Origin: an uncultured Pseudomonadota bacterium
Lineage (GTDB): Bacteria; Desulfobacterota; Binatia; Binatales; Binataceae
DNA: 64,000 bases
Assembly (NCBI GenBank): GCA_963837035.1
Contig: CAWIMH010000024.1
Coordinates: 26,385-90,384 of the forward strand
Direction: 5' to 3'
Under the pieces are notes generated by a model that saw only the letters and a program-made list of their open reading frames with translations, ran no database searches and was not told where the DNA came from. This document shows, piece by piece, positions 10,127 through 21,094 of this stretch (the stretch's first letter is position 1; every line of letters begins with the position of its first letter). Position numbers and translations under genes: made by a program.

Positions 10127-12172
10127 ATGATCGAGACGACAGCCGAGACCACAACAATGACGACCGCACCCTCCTCCGCAGACATGCTGCACCTCTGGTC
10201 CGGCCTCAATACTGCAGAAGAGGCACAGGCCTGGGTCGAGTCCCATCTGCAAGCCTCGCGTGATCGCATCACTGAGCTGCTCGCGGCGAACACCACGCGC
10301 TCCACCACCGAAACCCTGGCGCTCTACGATCAGGCGGCGTGGCATCTCCGCATGGCCGGCAGCCAGGCGCACGTCATGTTCATGGTGCATCCGCTCGCGC
10401 CCGTCCGTGACGCCGCGCAGGCGCTCTCGCAGGTCGTCGCTGCAGAAGGCGTCAAGCTGAGCCTGAACCGCGACGTCTACAAGGCGCTCGAGAAGCTAGA
10501 CGCCAGCAATGAGGACGCCGCCACAAAGTACTACCTCGAGCGCACGCTCCTCAGCTACCGCCTAGCCGGTGTCGACCGCGACGATGCAACCCGCGAGAAG
10601 ATCCGCGAGCTCGCCGACAAATCCACCGAGCTCGGCATGCGCTTCGCCCGCACCGTGCAGGACGACGTCCGCAAGATCGAAGTCCCCGATCCCAACGAGC
10701 TCCGCGGCCTCCCGCCAGACTTCCTCGAGCGCTTCGGAGTCCGCGAAGTCAGCGGCCAGCTCACCGCCGATGCACCCGTCACTCTCACCACCGACCCACC
10801 GGTCCTCGCTCCCGTGATGACCTACGCCGCCAGCCCCGCGCTGCGCCGCCGCATGTACCTCGCCTACAACGACCGCGGCTATCCCGTGAATGCGCCCGTT
10901 CTGCTCGACCTGCTCAAAGTTCGCGAGGAGATGGCCGAGGTCCTCGGCTTCCGCAGCTGGGCCGACCTCGCCACCGTCGATCAGATGATGGGCTCCGCCG
11001 CCAACATGCGCAAATTCCTCTCCGACGTCGAGCACGCCGCGCGCGAGACCGCACAGCGCGAGTTCACTGAGCTAGAAGCCTTCGTCCGCAGCCGCGACCC
11101 CAAAGCCCTCCCGCTCACGCTCAGCGACGCGCGCTTCTGGGAGGAGCAGTACCGCCGCTCGTACTACGACTTCGACTCGCAGTCCGTCCGCCCCTTCTTC
11201 CCCTACGAGCAGGTCGAAGCCGGAATCCTCGCCATCGCCGGCAAGCTCTTCGGCGTGCGCTTCGAGCGCACCACCTCCGCATCCGTTTGGCACCCTGACG
11301 TCAAAGCCTTCGACGTCTTCGAAGCCTCGCAGCCCGCTTTAAAACCCATCGGCCGAATCTACCTCGACATGCATCCACGCGAAGGCAAGAGCAAGTGGTT
11401 CTCCGAGTGCTCGCTCGTCGGTGGCGTGCTCGGCAAACAAGTCCCCGAGGCCTCGCTCGTCTGCAACTTCACACAGCCCAACGACAAAGACCCAGGCCTG
11501 CTGCAGTACTCCGACGTCGTCACCTACTTCCACGAGTTCGGCCATCTCATGCACGAGATCCTCGGCGGCCAGCAGCGCTGGGCCGGCCAGAGCGGCATCG
11601 CCACCGAAGGCGACTTCGTCGAGGTCCCGTCGCAGATGCTCGAGGAGTTCTTCGAGCGCGCCGACGTCCTCCGCACCTTCGCGAAGCACTACCAGACCGG
11701 CGAGCCCATCCCCGAGGAGACCGTCGCCCGCATGACGCGTGCCAGCGCGCACGGCCGCGCGCTCTCGACGCTCACGCAGGTCATGTACGCGACCTACTCC
11801 ATGGAAACCCACGACCGCCGAGCCGCCGAGCTCGACCTCGACACGCTTCTCCGCGAAGGCTACGACCGCTTCTCGAAGTACGAGTTCGTCGACGGCAACC
11901 GCATGTACGCTGCCTTCACTCACCTCGTCGGCTACACCTCGAACTACTACACCTATCTCTTCGACAAGGTCATCGCGCTCGAGTTCTTCGCCGAATTCGC
12001 CCACCAGTCCAGCGACCAGCTCCTCACAGGCGCCGTCGCACAGCGCTACCGCAACGTCGTGCTCGAGACAGGCGGATCAAAGCCCGCAAAGGAAATCGTC
12101 CACGACTTCCTCGGCCGCGAGACCAGCATGGAAGCCTTGCGTTTGTGGATCGGCCGAGAGTTCGCGGCTTAA
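10127..12172 (+). CDS. M3-family zinc metallopeptidase (oligopeptidase A / Dcp / thimet-like)
   Basis: Intact 681-aa ORF with the HExxH motif FHEFGHLMHE and the length and architecture of M3 peptidases. Confidence 0.85.
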   Translation: MIETTAETTTMTTAPSSADMLHLWSGLNTAEEAQAWVESHLQASRDRITELLAANTTRSTTETLALYDQAAWHLRMAGSQAHVMFMVHPLAPVRDAAQALSQVVAAEGVKLSLNRDVYKALEKLDASNEDAATKYYLERTLLSYRLAGVDRDDATREKIRELADKSTELGMRFARTVQDDVRKIEVPDPNELRGLPPDFLERFGVREVSGQLTADAPVTLTTDPPVLAPVMTYAASPALRRRMYLAYNDRGYPVNAPVLLDLLKVREEMAEVLGFRSWADLATVDQMMGSAANMRKFLSDVEHAARETAQREFTELEAFVRSRDPKALPLTLSDARFWEEQYRRSYYDFDSQSVRPFFPYEQVEAGILAIAGKLFGVRFERTTSASVWHPDVKAFDVFEASQPALKPIGRIYLDMHPREGKSKWFSECSLVGGVLGKQVPEASLVCNFTQPNDKDPGLLQYSDVVTYFHEFGHLMHEILGGQQRWAGQSGIATEGDFVEVPSQMLEEFFERADVLRTFAKHYQTGEPIPEETVARMTRASAHGRALSTLTQVMYATYSMETHDRRAAELDLDTLLREGYDRFSKYEFVDGNRMYAAFTHLVGYTSNYYTYLFDKVIALEFFAEFAHQSSDQLLTGAVAQRYRNVVLETGGSKPAKEIVHDFLGRETSMEALRLWIGREFAA

Positions 12173-13098
12173 TTTTTTCCCGGCCACAGCCTTCGCGGCA
12201 GCAGATAGGTAAATCCCGCGAAGCTCTGCCATTGCGTCGATGTGCTGGTGAAGCCGTGCGAGAATCCGCCGTCGACCACCAGGTTCGGCCGGACCGTGTA
12301 GCTCAGCGCCATCAGCCCATCCACAGCATTCGCGCGGCCGACGAAGGTTCCCCCAGCCGTCGAATGAACGAACGGCTGCGTGAAGTGATAGATCTCCATA
12401 GCGAGTTGCAGGTTTGAATTGAAGAACGGATGATTCACCGAGAGCGTCTGCGCGAACTGCGCCCGCCGCACCGTCACGTTCTGGTCCGTCGCCGAACTTC
12501 CGTTTTGGGTCTGTTGGTTGAACAGGTAGTTGGTGTCGTAGTGAAACTTTCCGACATCGCCGCTCACCAGCAGCAGAACACCATTCACAAACCCACCCAG
12601 GTCAATATCCGGAGTGTTTCCGGGATGAACTCTGCCGAGATAACCCAGCGCGACGGTCGGCTTTGAGATCGTGCGATGCGACGCAGCCTGTGTATTCTTC
12701 GACGTCTCTGCCGGTGCGGCTGGAGGAAGATACAGCACGCCCTGCGCCCCCAGCAGAATGTCCCCGGATGCATCGGAGGAGCTCTCCGCACCGACATCGC
12801 GGCTCTGCGCGAACGGCTGGGTCTGCAACTGCACCATCAGCCGCGAGGCGAGCGAAATCTTTGTCACCTGGTTTACGCCATACTGCGATGCCGTCTCTGG
12901 CGAGTCCAGCGAACCGAGATAGCCCTGCTCAAACTGCACATATCCCACCGGCGGCAGCGTCGCCGGGTTCGTCACCGTTGGGCGCGCCGGATTTGCGGCA
13001 GGAGTCTGCGCCACGGCGCAGTGCCACACTGCCGCCCAGCAAAGTCCAGCCACACACACACGCACACGCCCGCCAACAAGAGGCATGAAACCTCGCAC
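12169..13098 (-). CDS. putative outer-membrane beta-barrel protein
   Basis: 309 aa with signal peptide (VAGLCWAAVWHCAVAQ), alternating beta-strand-like sequence and a C-terminal aromatic (FAGFTYLL). No family recognised. Confidence 0.45.
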   Translation of the reverse strand: MRGFMPLVGGRVRVCVAGLCWAAVWHCAVAQTPAANPARPTVTNPATLPPVGYVQFEQGYLGSLDSPETASQYGVNQVTKISLASRLMVQLQTQPFAQSRDVGAESSSDASGDILLGAQGVLYLPPAAPAETSKNTQAASHRTISKPTVALGYLGRVHPGNTPDIDLGGFVNGVLLLVSGDVGKFHYDTNYLFNQQTQNGSSATDQNVTVRRAQFAQTLSVNHPFFNSNLQLAMEIYHFTQPFVHSTAGGTFVGRANAVDGLMALSYTVRPNLVVDGGFSHGFTSTSTQWQSFAGFTYLLPRRLWPGKN

Positions 13099-13109
13099 CG
13101 CGCCCGATG

Positions 13110-15041
13110 TTATCCCTTGCGCTTAGCCTTTGCCGGCGCAGCCTTCGCGCTCTTCTTCGCTGGGGCCGCCTTCGTCGCCGGTTTGTGATTCGCGACCTTC
13201 GCTGCGGGCTTCGCAGCCACCTTCGCCTTCCCGTTCGTCTTCGCCGCAGCCGCGCTCTTGCCGTTGCCCGCGGGCTTTCCGCTTGTAGCAGTTTTCGCCG
13301 GCGCTGGCCTGTGATTCGCGGCGGCCTTCGCTGCGGGCTTCATCTGCTTCTCCTCCGGCTTCGCTGTCGAGCGCGCAGGCGTCCGCGGTAACGAAGCCGC
13401 CGCCGGTTCAGCATCAGCATGCGAACCCGGCGCGTGCGGTCCTACATCAATCCGCGTTGCCGGTGCGCCCACATTCGACTCCGCGCTCGCGGCCTCACCG
13501 CTCTGTTTCAGGGAGTGCAGCACCACACGCAGCATCTCTTCCTCCGGCGCAGGCTTGCCCGTCCAGATCTCGAACTGCCGCGCGCCTTGCTGCACAAACA
13601 TCTCCACGCCGGAGATCACCGCGAGTCCCTTCTGTCGCGCCATCCGCAGCAGCGGGGTCTCAATCGGGTTGTACACCAGGTCGAAGACCAGCCTCGCGTT
13701 CAACTCCTCCGGAGCCAGGATCGTGCTTGTTTTGTTGCCGCTCATCCCTGCCGGCGTCGCGTTGATGATCACGTCGAAGGGCTGCTTCGCCAACGCATCG
13801 CGCCTGATCGACTTCGCTCCCGCCTGCCGCGCCAGCTTCTGCGCGGTCTCCGGCGTGCGGTTCAGAATCCACACCTCGGCGCCCTTGTCACGGCAACCAA
13901 AGACCGCCGCGCGCGCCGCTCCGCCCGCACCCAGCACCAGCACCTTAGCATTGCGCAGGCTCAGGCGGCGCTCCAGCGGACCGACGATTCCCGCAACGTC
14001 CGTGTTGAAGCCATAGAACTTGCCATCCGGCAGCCGCGAGATCGTGTTCACCGCGCCAATCTTCGTCGAGAGCGGGTCCGTCCGTTCGAGGAAGCGAATG
14101 ACGCCTTCCTTCAGCGGCATCGTCACACTAAGGCCCTGAATCGGAATCTCCCGCGCCAGCTTGAACAGATCCTCGACGTTCTTCGTCTGCAGCGCCAGAT
14201 ACACCGCGTTCACCGTCTCACGACGGAACGCCGTGTTCATCATCAGCGGCGACAGTGACGACCTGATCGGATCGCCCGCCACGCCGTACACCTTCGTCGC
14301 CACATCCACCTGGTCGATGCGATACGTCTCCAGCAGCGTGCGAGCCGCAATCTGTCCCGGAGCCGTCTCTTCACCAACGCTCGACGCAGCAAACGTGAAC
14401 GCCGACCCCGCGCGCAGTCCCAGCACCCGCGAGATGATCCCTGCCTCGCCCATGCAGATGCCCACGATGCTCGCATTCGAGCGGTCTTCCATCCGCTCCA
14501 GAAAGTGCATCAGCTTCAGGTTGTCGGTCAGCGAGCGCGCCGTCGGCACTACCTTCATGTAGTCCGGCGCAAACGGCTCCATCCGCGCATACACCGCGTC
14601 CAGGTCGCCCGTCTGCTTGAAGTCGTGGAAGCTCAGGATCACCGCGGCGCCCGCATCGCGCAGCTTCTGCATCGTGTTCTTCGGCAGCTTCTCAATCGAC
14701 TCGAGCTCGATATCGACAAGTTGAAATCCAGCCTCGGCAGCCTTCAGCAGAATGTCCAGCGCCGCAGTGTTCGAGCCCTCGAACTTGCCGCCGTTATCCT
14801 TGCAACGGCACGTCGCAACAAACGTACCTGCACCGTTTTCGCTCAGGAACTGCTTCAGCGCCGGCATCGCGGTCGCCGGCTTCGGCAGATAGTCCAGCCT
14901 GAACTCAATGAAAGTGGTGTCTCGAAGTGCGCTGGCCGCCTTCTCCACCATCTCTTCGGCAGACTGGCCGGTAATCGCAATACAAATTTTCCCAATTCGG
15001 GAACGAAGGAGATGAGAGGCGACTTGAGTGCTCGTTTTCAT
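13110..15041 (-). CDS. bifunctional 3-dehydroquinate dehydratase (type I) / shikimate dehydrogenase with a ~150-aa Lys/Ala/Pro-rich C-terminal tail
   Basis: AroD-like FIEFRLDYL and ILSFHDF. AroE-like GVAGDPIRSSLSPLMMNTAF and Rossmann VLVLGAGGAARAA. The tail reads ...KPAAKAAANHRPAPAKT...AAKPAAKVANHKPATKAAPAKKSAKAAPAKAKRKG. Confidence 0.8.
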   Translation of the reverse strand: MKTSTQVASHLLRSRIGKICIAITGQSAEEMVEKAASALRDTTFIEFRLDYLPKPATAMPALKQFLSENGAGTFVATCRCKDNGGKFEGSNTAALDILLKAAEAGFQLVDIELESIEKLPKNTMQKLRDAGAAVILSFHDFKQTGDLDAVYARMEPFAPDYMKVVPTARSLTDNLKLMHFLERMEDRSNASIVGICMGEAGIISRVLGLRAGSAFTFAASSVGEETAPGQIAARTLLETYRIDQVDVATKVYGVAGDPIRSSLSPLMMNTAFRRETVNAVYLALQTKNVEDLFKLAREIPIQGLSVTMPLKEGVIRFLERTDPLSTKIGAVNTISRLPDGKFYGFNTDVAGIVGPLERRLSLRNAKVLVLGAGGAARAAVFGCRDKGAEVWILNRTPETAQKLARQAGAKSIRRDALAKQPFDVIINATPAGMSGNKTSTILAPEELNARLVFDLVYNPIETPLLRMARQKGLAVISGVEMFVQQGARQFEIWTGKPAPEEEMLRVVLHSLKQSGEAASAESNVGAPATRIDVGPHAPGSHADAEPAAASLPRTPARSTAKPEEKQMKPAAKAAANHRPAPAKTATSGKPAGNGKSAAAAKTNGKAKVAAKPAAKVANHKPATKAAPAKKSAKAAPAKAKRKG

Positions 15042-15421
15042 GCTGGCAACCGCGGTATCCTACCGCCGAAACTTCCTCATATGCAATATAGCTTTGAACT
15101 TAGCTTTGGGGTGCAGACAGACGCTTAGTATCGGCAGAATTCGCGCCGCGAGCCATTTCATTCATGCTTCGAGCAAATTATCCGACGGCCTTCGATCGGT
15201 CGGCTCCCGAGTTTGGACGCGTTGATTCCTCAAGAGTTGCCATTTCTTTCACCCCGGGAGGTGGAAATGTTAACCCCCATGCAACCTGGTGGCGGCTCGT
15301 GCGTCTAACTTTGTAACTGAGAGGCTAATTTCAGACTGTCCCACCCGTAGTAGAACCTCCCTCTTTTTGCCCCTCGGGCATCCTCTACATTCCTTCAGTA
15401 TCCCCTCCCCGAAAGCCTCTC

Positions 15422-16578
15422 ATGGGCCCGCCCGAAAGCGGGCCCGATCACTTTAAACGTCCGCGATTACCGAATAAAATTGTTTCTGTGAGCAGCAACA
15501 CTACAGACTGGCGCGAAAGCCCTGAGGCGATCGCCGCGGTCGACGCCCTCTTCGCCAGCATTGGCCTCGAACACGGCCGCCGGGCGACGCGTGCTGGAAC
15601 TTGGGCCGCCGGCGAGCGCGTCCATGTCCGTCGCACGTCGACCGTAAGTCCCCGTCGCTCAACAAAGAAGCCCCGCCGCGCCCCCGGCATCATCCGCCCC
15701 GCCGGCTGGGATGCCTATCCCTGGCTGCGCGCAGGTTTCAGCACCCGTGAGGGTGGCGCCACCACCGCCTTCGGCAACCCCGCCGACCTCAACCTCGGCT
15801 GGAACGTCAACGACCCGGCCGAAACCGTCGCCACCAACCGCAAGCACTTCCTCGAGGCCGTCGCTGGCCCCCAGTCGGAATCAAGGCCCGGGGAACCCGT
15901 CGCCGTCCGCCAGTTCCACAGCCCTCTCATCCGTATCGTCGGTCCTGACGCCGGCCCGCTTGTCACCCCCGGAGGCCGCCCTATCCTGCGCGGCGACGCC
16001 CTCATCACCTCACGCCGGGACGTCCTGCTCGCCATCCTCACCGCCGACTGCGTACCGGTCCTCGTCGCCGACACCCGCCGCCGTGTCGTCGCAGCCTTCC
16101 ACGCCGGCTGGCGCGGCACCCTCGCCCGCATCGTCGAGCGCGGCATCGGCACATGCGTCTGCAGTTCGGCTCGCGCCCCAAAGACCTCATCGCCGCCATC
16201 GGCCCCGGCATCGGCGCCTGCTGCTACTCCGTCGGCGAAGAGGTGCGCTTCGACTTTGAGAGCCAGTTCGCCTACGCTCCCTCGCTCTTCTCCGAGGTCT
16301 ACGATTCCGATCCTGTTAAGGACAAATATCCGCTGCTCTTCCTAACCGCGCGCGCGCCCGGCCACTCCAACATCGGCCCGCAGACCCATCTCGATCTCAT
16401 CGAAGCCAACCGCCGTCAGCTCCTCGACGCCGGTCTCAGCGCTTCGAAGATCTCCATCGTCGGTGAGTGCACCGCCTGTACGCGTCTTCCCAACGGCCAG
16501 CGCCGTTACTTCAGCCATCGCGACGAGCACGGCTACACCGGCCGCATGCTCAGTGTCATCGGCGTCGCAAACGAGTAG
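15422..16578 (+). CDS. pgeF: peptidoglycan editing factor PgeF (YfiH/DUF152), copy A; one frameshift near 16150
   Basis: ALITSRRDVLLAILTADCVPVLVAD and AAFHAGWRGT (His-Cys-His site). The C-terminal CTACTRLPNGQRRYFSHRDEHGYTGRML is in ORF 16153-16578. The true start is probably well downstream of 15422. Confidence 0.7.
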
Positions 16579-18198
16579 CTAGGCCTTCCGCTGCAACTCC
16601 TCGAACAGCGCGTCGCGATGCAGCCATCCGTACGCGTCCAACTTGTTCAGGTTCTCGAGGTAGACCCACGCCGCTGCAACGGCCGTGCACGCGAACACGA
16701 TCGGCACAATCCAATTCACGTTTCCCAAACCCGCCAGGTACGTAACCAGCGCACCCACCAACCCTGAAGCCAGCACAATCCCCATGCTGAGGAACGCACT
16801 CGCTGGCCGTGCCTGCTTCTGCGCCGTCCGTCCCGGATCGATCCGCCGTGGTGACCGGATCGACATGTAGTTGCCCACCGTCAATTCCACGAGCAACGTC
16901 GTCACCATCCACAGCACACCATCCAGAATCACCAGCGGCGACGGAGCCTTCGCCGAATACGACAGCACCGCCAGGATCGCAAACGTCTCTGCAATCGCCA
17001 GCCCTGCGCAAAGCACATTCTTACCCATCAGCACTTCACGCAACCGCACCGGTGTGAAGAGTACGTCTGCGCGCCTGTGCCATCCAGTCCAAACGAGTTG
17101 AAACCCATCGGGAACACGCCGATCAGCCCATAAGCCAGCGCCGCCAGAACGACCGTCGATCCATGCGGACTCCACCGCGTCGACCAGCGGCCCGCGAAGA
17201 TCAGCACCATCAGCAGCGGCATGATCAGCCCGTAGAACAGCCCCGTATTGCGCCGCAGATACAGCAGCTCCTTGGCCGCAACCACACGTGTCACATCCGC
17301 CGGTCGCGCCGACGCCTCGACGAACGCCGCAACCGGCGCCGTATGCGTTACCACCTGTTTCGGCGCCTTCGCCGCGCGCACCACATTCGCCGGATCGCTC
17401 AGGTTCTCTCCGCGATACTCCGTTCCCATTCGCCGCGAGAACACAAACAGAAACACACATCCCCACGCAGCCGAAGCCAGATTCTTCACCGCGAACGCGG
17501 TCACGTTGCCCTGAGCGGCCGCCGCAATCGATCTTCCCGCCAGCTCCGGCGGCAAGGCACTCACATACCGCTCAACCTTGGTCAACGTGCTCTGCACTCC
17601 CTGGTATCCTCCCGCAGGTCCACTCGGCGGTTGTGATAGGCCGGGTTGTAGCGAAGTTCAATCCCTGCGCGGCAATCGAGAACAGAAAGATCAGTGCCGT
17701 GAAAGCCTCACGCGCCCGGCGTGTCGAAAGCCAGCGGTCCACCCACGCGAAGATCATTCGCGTGAACAGCACATTCACCACGGCGAACACCGCCATCGCC
17801 GCGAACGCCCAGCCTGCAAGCGACGGCCTCGCGATGGTCACGCCGGCTGCCGCGGCCAGCGACATCAGCGTCACAATCAGGTTTCCCGGCGCGAGAATTC
17901 CGAAGAATAGCCGCACCACCGTGTAGCTCCACACGCCCATCGGGAAGCGGATGAGCTGCCTCGGATCAAACGTCGTCCCGGGCTGCCCAAGGTTCAGGTT
18001 CGCCAGCTGGCTCAGCAGGAAGATGCCCCACAGCACCCAGCTCACTCGGTCGATGTGTCCCGAGACCGCTGCCCACAACGCGGTCGCGCCCGCCCCGAAA
18101 CACAGGCCTCCGACGATCATCAATGCAAACGGAGCCACGGACAGCGTCGCCGCCAGGTCGCTCTTTCCGCCCTTGCGCCGGAAGCCGTTCAGGTACAT
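16579..18198 (-). pseudogene. ABC-2-type transporter permease, copy A (several frameshifts)
   Basis: Polytopic hydrophobic protein spread over ORFs 17572-18771, 17028-17597 and 16579-17466. Partner copy at 23921-25551. Confidence 0.6.
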
Positions 18199-18264
18199 CT
18201 GCCAGCGCAATCGCGTGATCGCGCAACTGCGGACGCGTCTGCGCGGCCGTCCATGCTGTGTGCG

Positions 18265-19067
18265 TGAACTCAGCCACGCCAGCTCACCTTCGCGCACTGC
18301 AGTCTCACCGCCGTCCTTGCCCACCACGCTCAGAAAGATCTGTTCCAGCGTCAGCCGCGATCCCGCCTCATGCGCCTCGGTAGAGAGCTTCGCCTGCACA
18401 CCCGCGCGCAATTCTTCCAATGACCCATGCGCCACAATTCTCCCGTGGTCGATGATTGCAATGTGCGAGCACAGCCGCTCCACAATCTCCAGCACATGCG
18501 ACGTCAGAAAGATCGTTGCGCCGCGCGCAATCATGCCCTGCAGCATCATTTCAACGTGCCCGCCGCCACCGCATCCACGCCCTCGAAAGGCTCGTCGAGA
18601 AACAGCACCTTCGGCCCATGGATCACCGCCGCTGCCAACGCCAGCTTCTTTCTCCATTCCATGCGAGAAGTCGGCGATCAGCTTCTTCTCGCTCGCCGGC
18701 CAATGCATAAACTCCAGCAACTCGCTGTGCGTTCTGCGACGTGGCCGGTCCAGCCCGTACATGCGCCCCACAAACCCAGGTATTCGTCGGCCGTCAGCCG
18801 ACCCAAAGCGCCATGCCCTCCGGCACCACGCCGATGTGCCGCTTCACCTCTAGCGGATTGCGAAAACAGGTCCTCGCCGAGGATCTGGATCGTCCCTGCG
18901 TGGGCGCCAGCAGGCCCGTCAACATCTTGATGGTCGTAGATTTCCCAGCTCCGTTCGGTCCCAGAAAACCGAAGAACTGGCCCGGCTTCGACAGCGAGGT
19001 CAATGTGATCAACAGCCGTGAAGCCATTGAAGCTTCGGCTGAGGTCGTGCACCGCAATCGCATTCAT
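18265..19067 (-). pseudogene. ABC transporter ATP-binding protein, copy A (multiple frameshifts, stop codon replaced)
   Basis: [37 protein letters not shown] and [27 protein letters not shown] lie in different frames. The position matching copy B's TAG reads TCA. Confidence 0.7.
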
Positions 19068-19093
19068 GTTGAGCCGAGTGTACGTTATCCGGA

Positions 19094-19440
19094 ATTACAT
19101 CGGTGGCGGATGATGCGGATCGACTCTCGCCGTCATCTCCCTTGTTTGTCCGGGCTCTGCTTCGCCCGGATTCACCAGGTCCCGCAACTCCTTGCTCGGC
19201 TTGAAGAAGGGAACCCGTTTCCCTGGAACCGCAACTGCCGCTCCGGTCTTCGGATTTCGTCCGGTGCGCGAATTGCGCTGTCGCGTGCGGAAGCTCCCAA
19301 AGCCGCGGACCTCCCACCTTATCGTTGGCTTTCAATGCGCTGATGATGGACTCGAACAGCGTATCGACAATGACCTCACCATCACGGCGTGTGAGATCGC
19401 CGAGTGCGGTGACCTGGTCGACTAGATCAGCTTTCGTCAT
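19094..19440 (-). pseudogene. IHF/HU-family DNA-binding protein, copy A (frameshift after ...KANDKV)
   Basis: The first 42 aa are identical to the intact copy at 22688-23032. The frame is then lost. Confidence 0.7.
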
Positions 19441-19621
19441 GAGGGTTCTCCCGGGGCCAGAGATCTCGCGCTAGCGGTACATTGCCCTTTTTAAGTCTAA
19501 GCCACATTAAACGTTTTCACCATCAGCAGGGCTCACCTGACTAAAAAAAACTGTCTGGGTAAGCCACTGGTTCTCGAAGGTGAGATGCAGCCCGGCGCTC
19601 CCGCGCCTCATCTCGCAATAG

Positions 19622-19649
19622 AAAAGCCCGTACCGAAACACAGGCTTTT
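19622..19649. terminator. hairpin between convergent IHF-like and beta-propeller genes (copy A)
   Basis: AAAAGCCCGT-ACCGAAAC-ACAGGCTTTT, one stem mismatch relative to the perfect copy at 22485-22512. Confidence 0.5.
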
Positions 19650-19665
19650 GGGTCGTCCTTCGAGA

Positions 19666-20855
19666 CTAGTTCGTCGGTGGCGTGCCCACCAGGTTTCCGT
19701 TGGTAATCTGCGCCGAAACCGGCGTAATGGTCGGCGCCGCCACGCCGATAATCTCCGTCAGACGGTAAAGGGGCCGGGCGTGCAGCCTGTGACGTTGCAG
19801 CCCGCATTGCTCATCCAGACGTTCCCGGTCGCATCCACGCCGAGCCGTAAGGCATTGTGGCAGTCCCGCCGCCTTCCCGGGCCCATGCAGGTATTCGGTC
19901 GCCGGGACGCGGCAGGTAATGTTCAGATATATGCTCGCGCCATTCCGGCTCGGATCGGTTACCGGAACGTGCAGAATACTCCCCTCCCCACTCTCCGCCA
20001 CCCAGAGGTGCTTGCCGCCGGAGATCGCCATCCCCCCGGCCGCATTCCTTCGCGCGCCCGTGAAGTTGTAGCAATTCCCGGTCGAGTAGATGCATAGACC
20101 GTCATTCGCCGCATTGCCGGTGCCCGAATAGGAGCGCACCGCGACATCATCGTCGCCGGTAAAGATCACCTGGCCGCTGTTATCGTTCGCGCCGAAGATT
20201 TCCGTCGCTCCAGGAACAGCGGTCACGTAGTGATCCCTGCATCGCCTTCCGTGCGCAAAGTCCGTGATCGTCACCGCGTCGCCGTTGCTCGTGTCACCCG
20301 CCATCGACGTCACCAGGAACGGGAACGTGATAGGGGGAGCGAGCGCGTAGCTGCTGCGGTCGGCCGAGATATTCGCCAGCGCATCCACCAATGAGCTTGT
20401 AGTCATAATGCCCACATTGATGCGGTTATCGCCTCCCACAGTCAAGCTCTCGCTCACCGTATTCGTCAGCGACAGATGTCTGCGTCGTCGTCGGTGCCGA
20501 GGTCAGGTATCCGGACACCGTTGCCGCCGCACTGTCGTTGTACCAGGCAAACCCGTTCGCGTCGATCGCCACCTGCTGCGGATGCACCAGCCCCGGCATC
20601 GCGTTGAATGGCCCGTTGAAACTCTGGCTTGCCGGATCGAAGCATGGGGCGCCGACCTGCCCTGCCGCATTGCTCGGGAACCACATCCTTCCCCGAAGCG
20701 TCGATATCCAGCGTGCTGATTGTCCCGGTATCCACCGCTAGGCCAACGCTGGCATCCAATGCTCCGATGCTGATTTCCGTCGGGAGCCTCCTTCGATTCG
20801 GGAATCGATTCATCACCCTCTTGATCGCCGCGAAACTGTGAACCACCCTTGGCAT
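19666..20855 (-). CDS. beta-propeller-like (NHL/Vgb-like) protein, copy A; frame interrupted several times
   Basis: Pieces lie in ORFs 20466-20876, 20426-20686 and 19666-20457 (VWFPSNAAGQ, IDANGFAWYND, GKHLWVAE, C-terminal LTEIIGVAAPTITPVSAQITNGNLVGTPPTN). ATG at 20855 is preceded by AAGGGAAG. Confidence 0.55.
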
Positions 20856-21044
20856 GGTCACTTCCCTTTCTGACAACCTGGTTGCCGCTGATCACCATGC
20901 TGAACAGTCGCGCAATCTGCCCAGCTCGGCGACCAAATCGGGTTCATTGTCTCATCGGCCTAGTCCGGCCCCGGCCCGCCACGTAGGACACGGCCGCCGG
21001 GCACAACGGTCGCAAAATCGTGTCTCCGGAGCCATGGCTCGATC

Positions 21045-21094
21045 TAAAAAGGGATCAACCGAACCAAGAACGAGGCACGGAAAACCAGATTGCT
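21045..21094. other. unique 50-nt spacer at the palindrome centre
   Basis: TAAAAAGGGATCAACCGAACCAAGAACGAGGCACGGAAAACCAGATTGCT is not self-complementary. It is bracketed by a perfect 14-bp inverted repeat GCCATGGCTCGATC / GATCGAGCCATGGC. Confidence 0.85.

Larger units (their letters stand above)
15506..21044. repeat. left arm of ~11.2-kb imperfect palindrome
   Basis: The reverse complement of 21095-26689 reproduces this segment gene for gene. Homology starts at GACTGGCGC (15506) and ends at ...GCCATGGCTCGATC (21044). Confidence 0.9.

Noticed and set aside
15423-15446. GC-rich hairpin GGGCCCGC-CCGAAA-GCGGGCCC as a terminator or riboswitch element upstream of pgeF copy A.
   Set aside because: No T-tract follows on either strand, and it lies outside any recognisable conserved RNA motif. 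The 464-bp spacer 15042-15505 matched none of the RNA families I can recall (SRP, 6S, tmRNA, RNase P).
21066-21094. Resemblance of the spacer end (..CCAGATTGCT) to the 3' end of the Oxford Nanopore ligation adapter (..CAGTTACGTATTGCT, from memory).
   Set aside because: Only the last six bases plus CAG match, which is easily chance. The same biological objection applies as for the SMRTbell idea.
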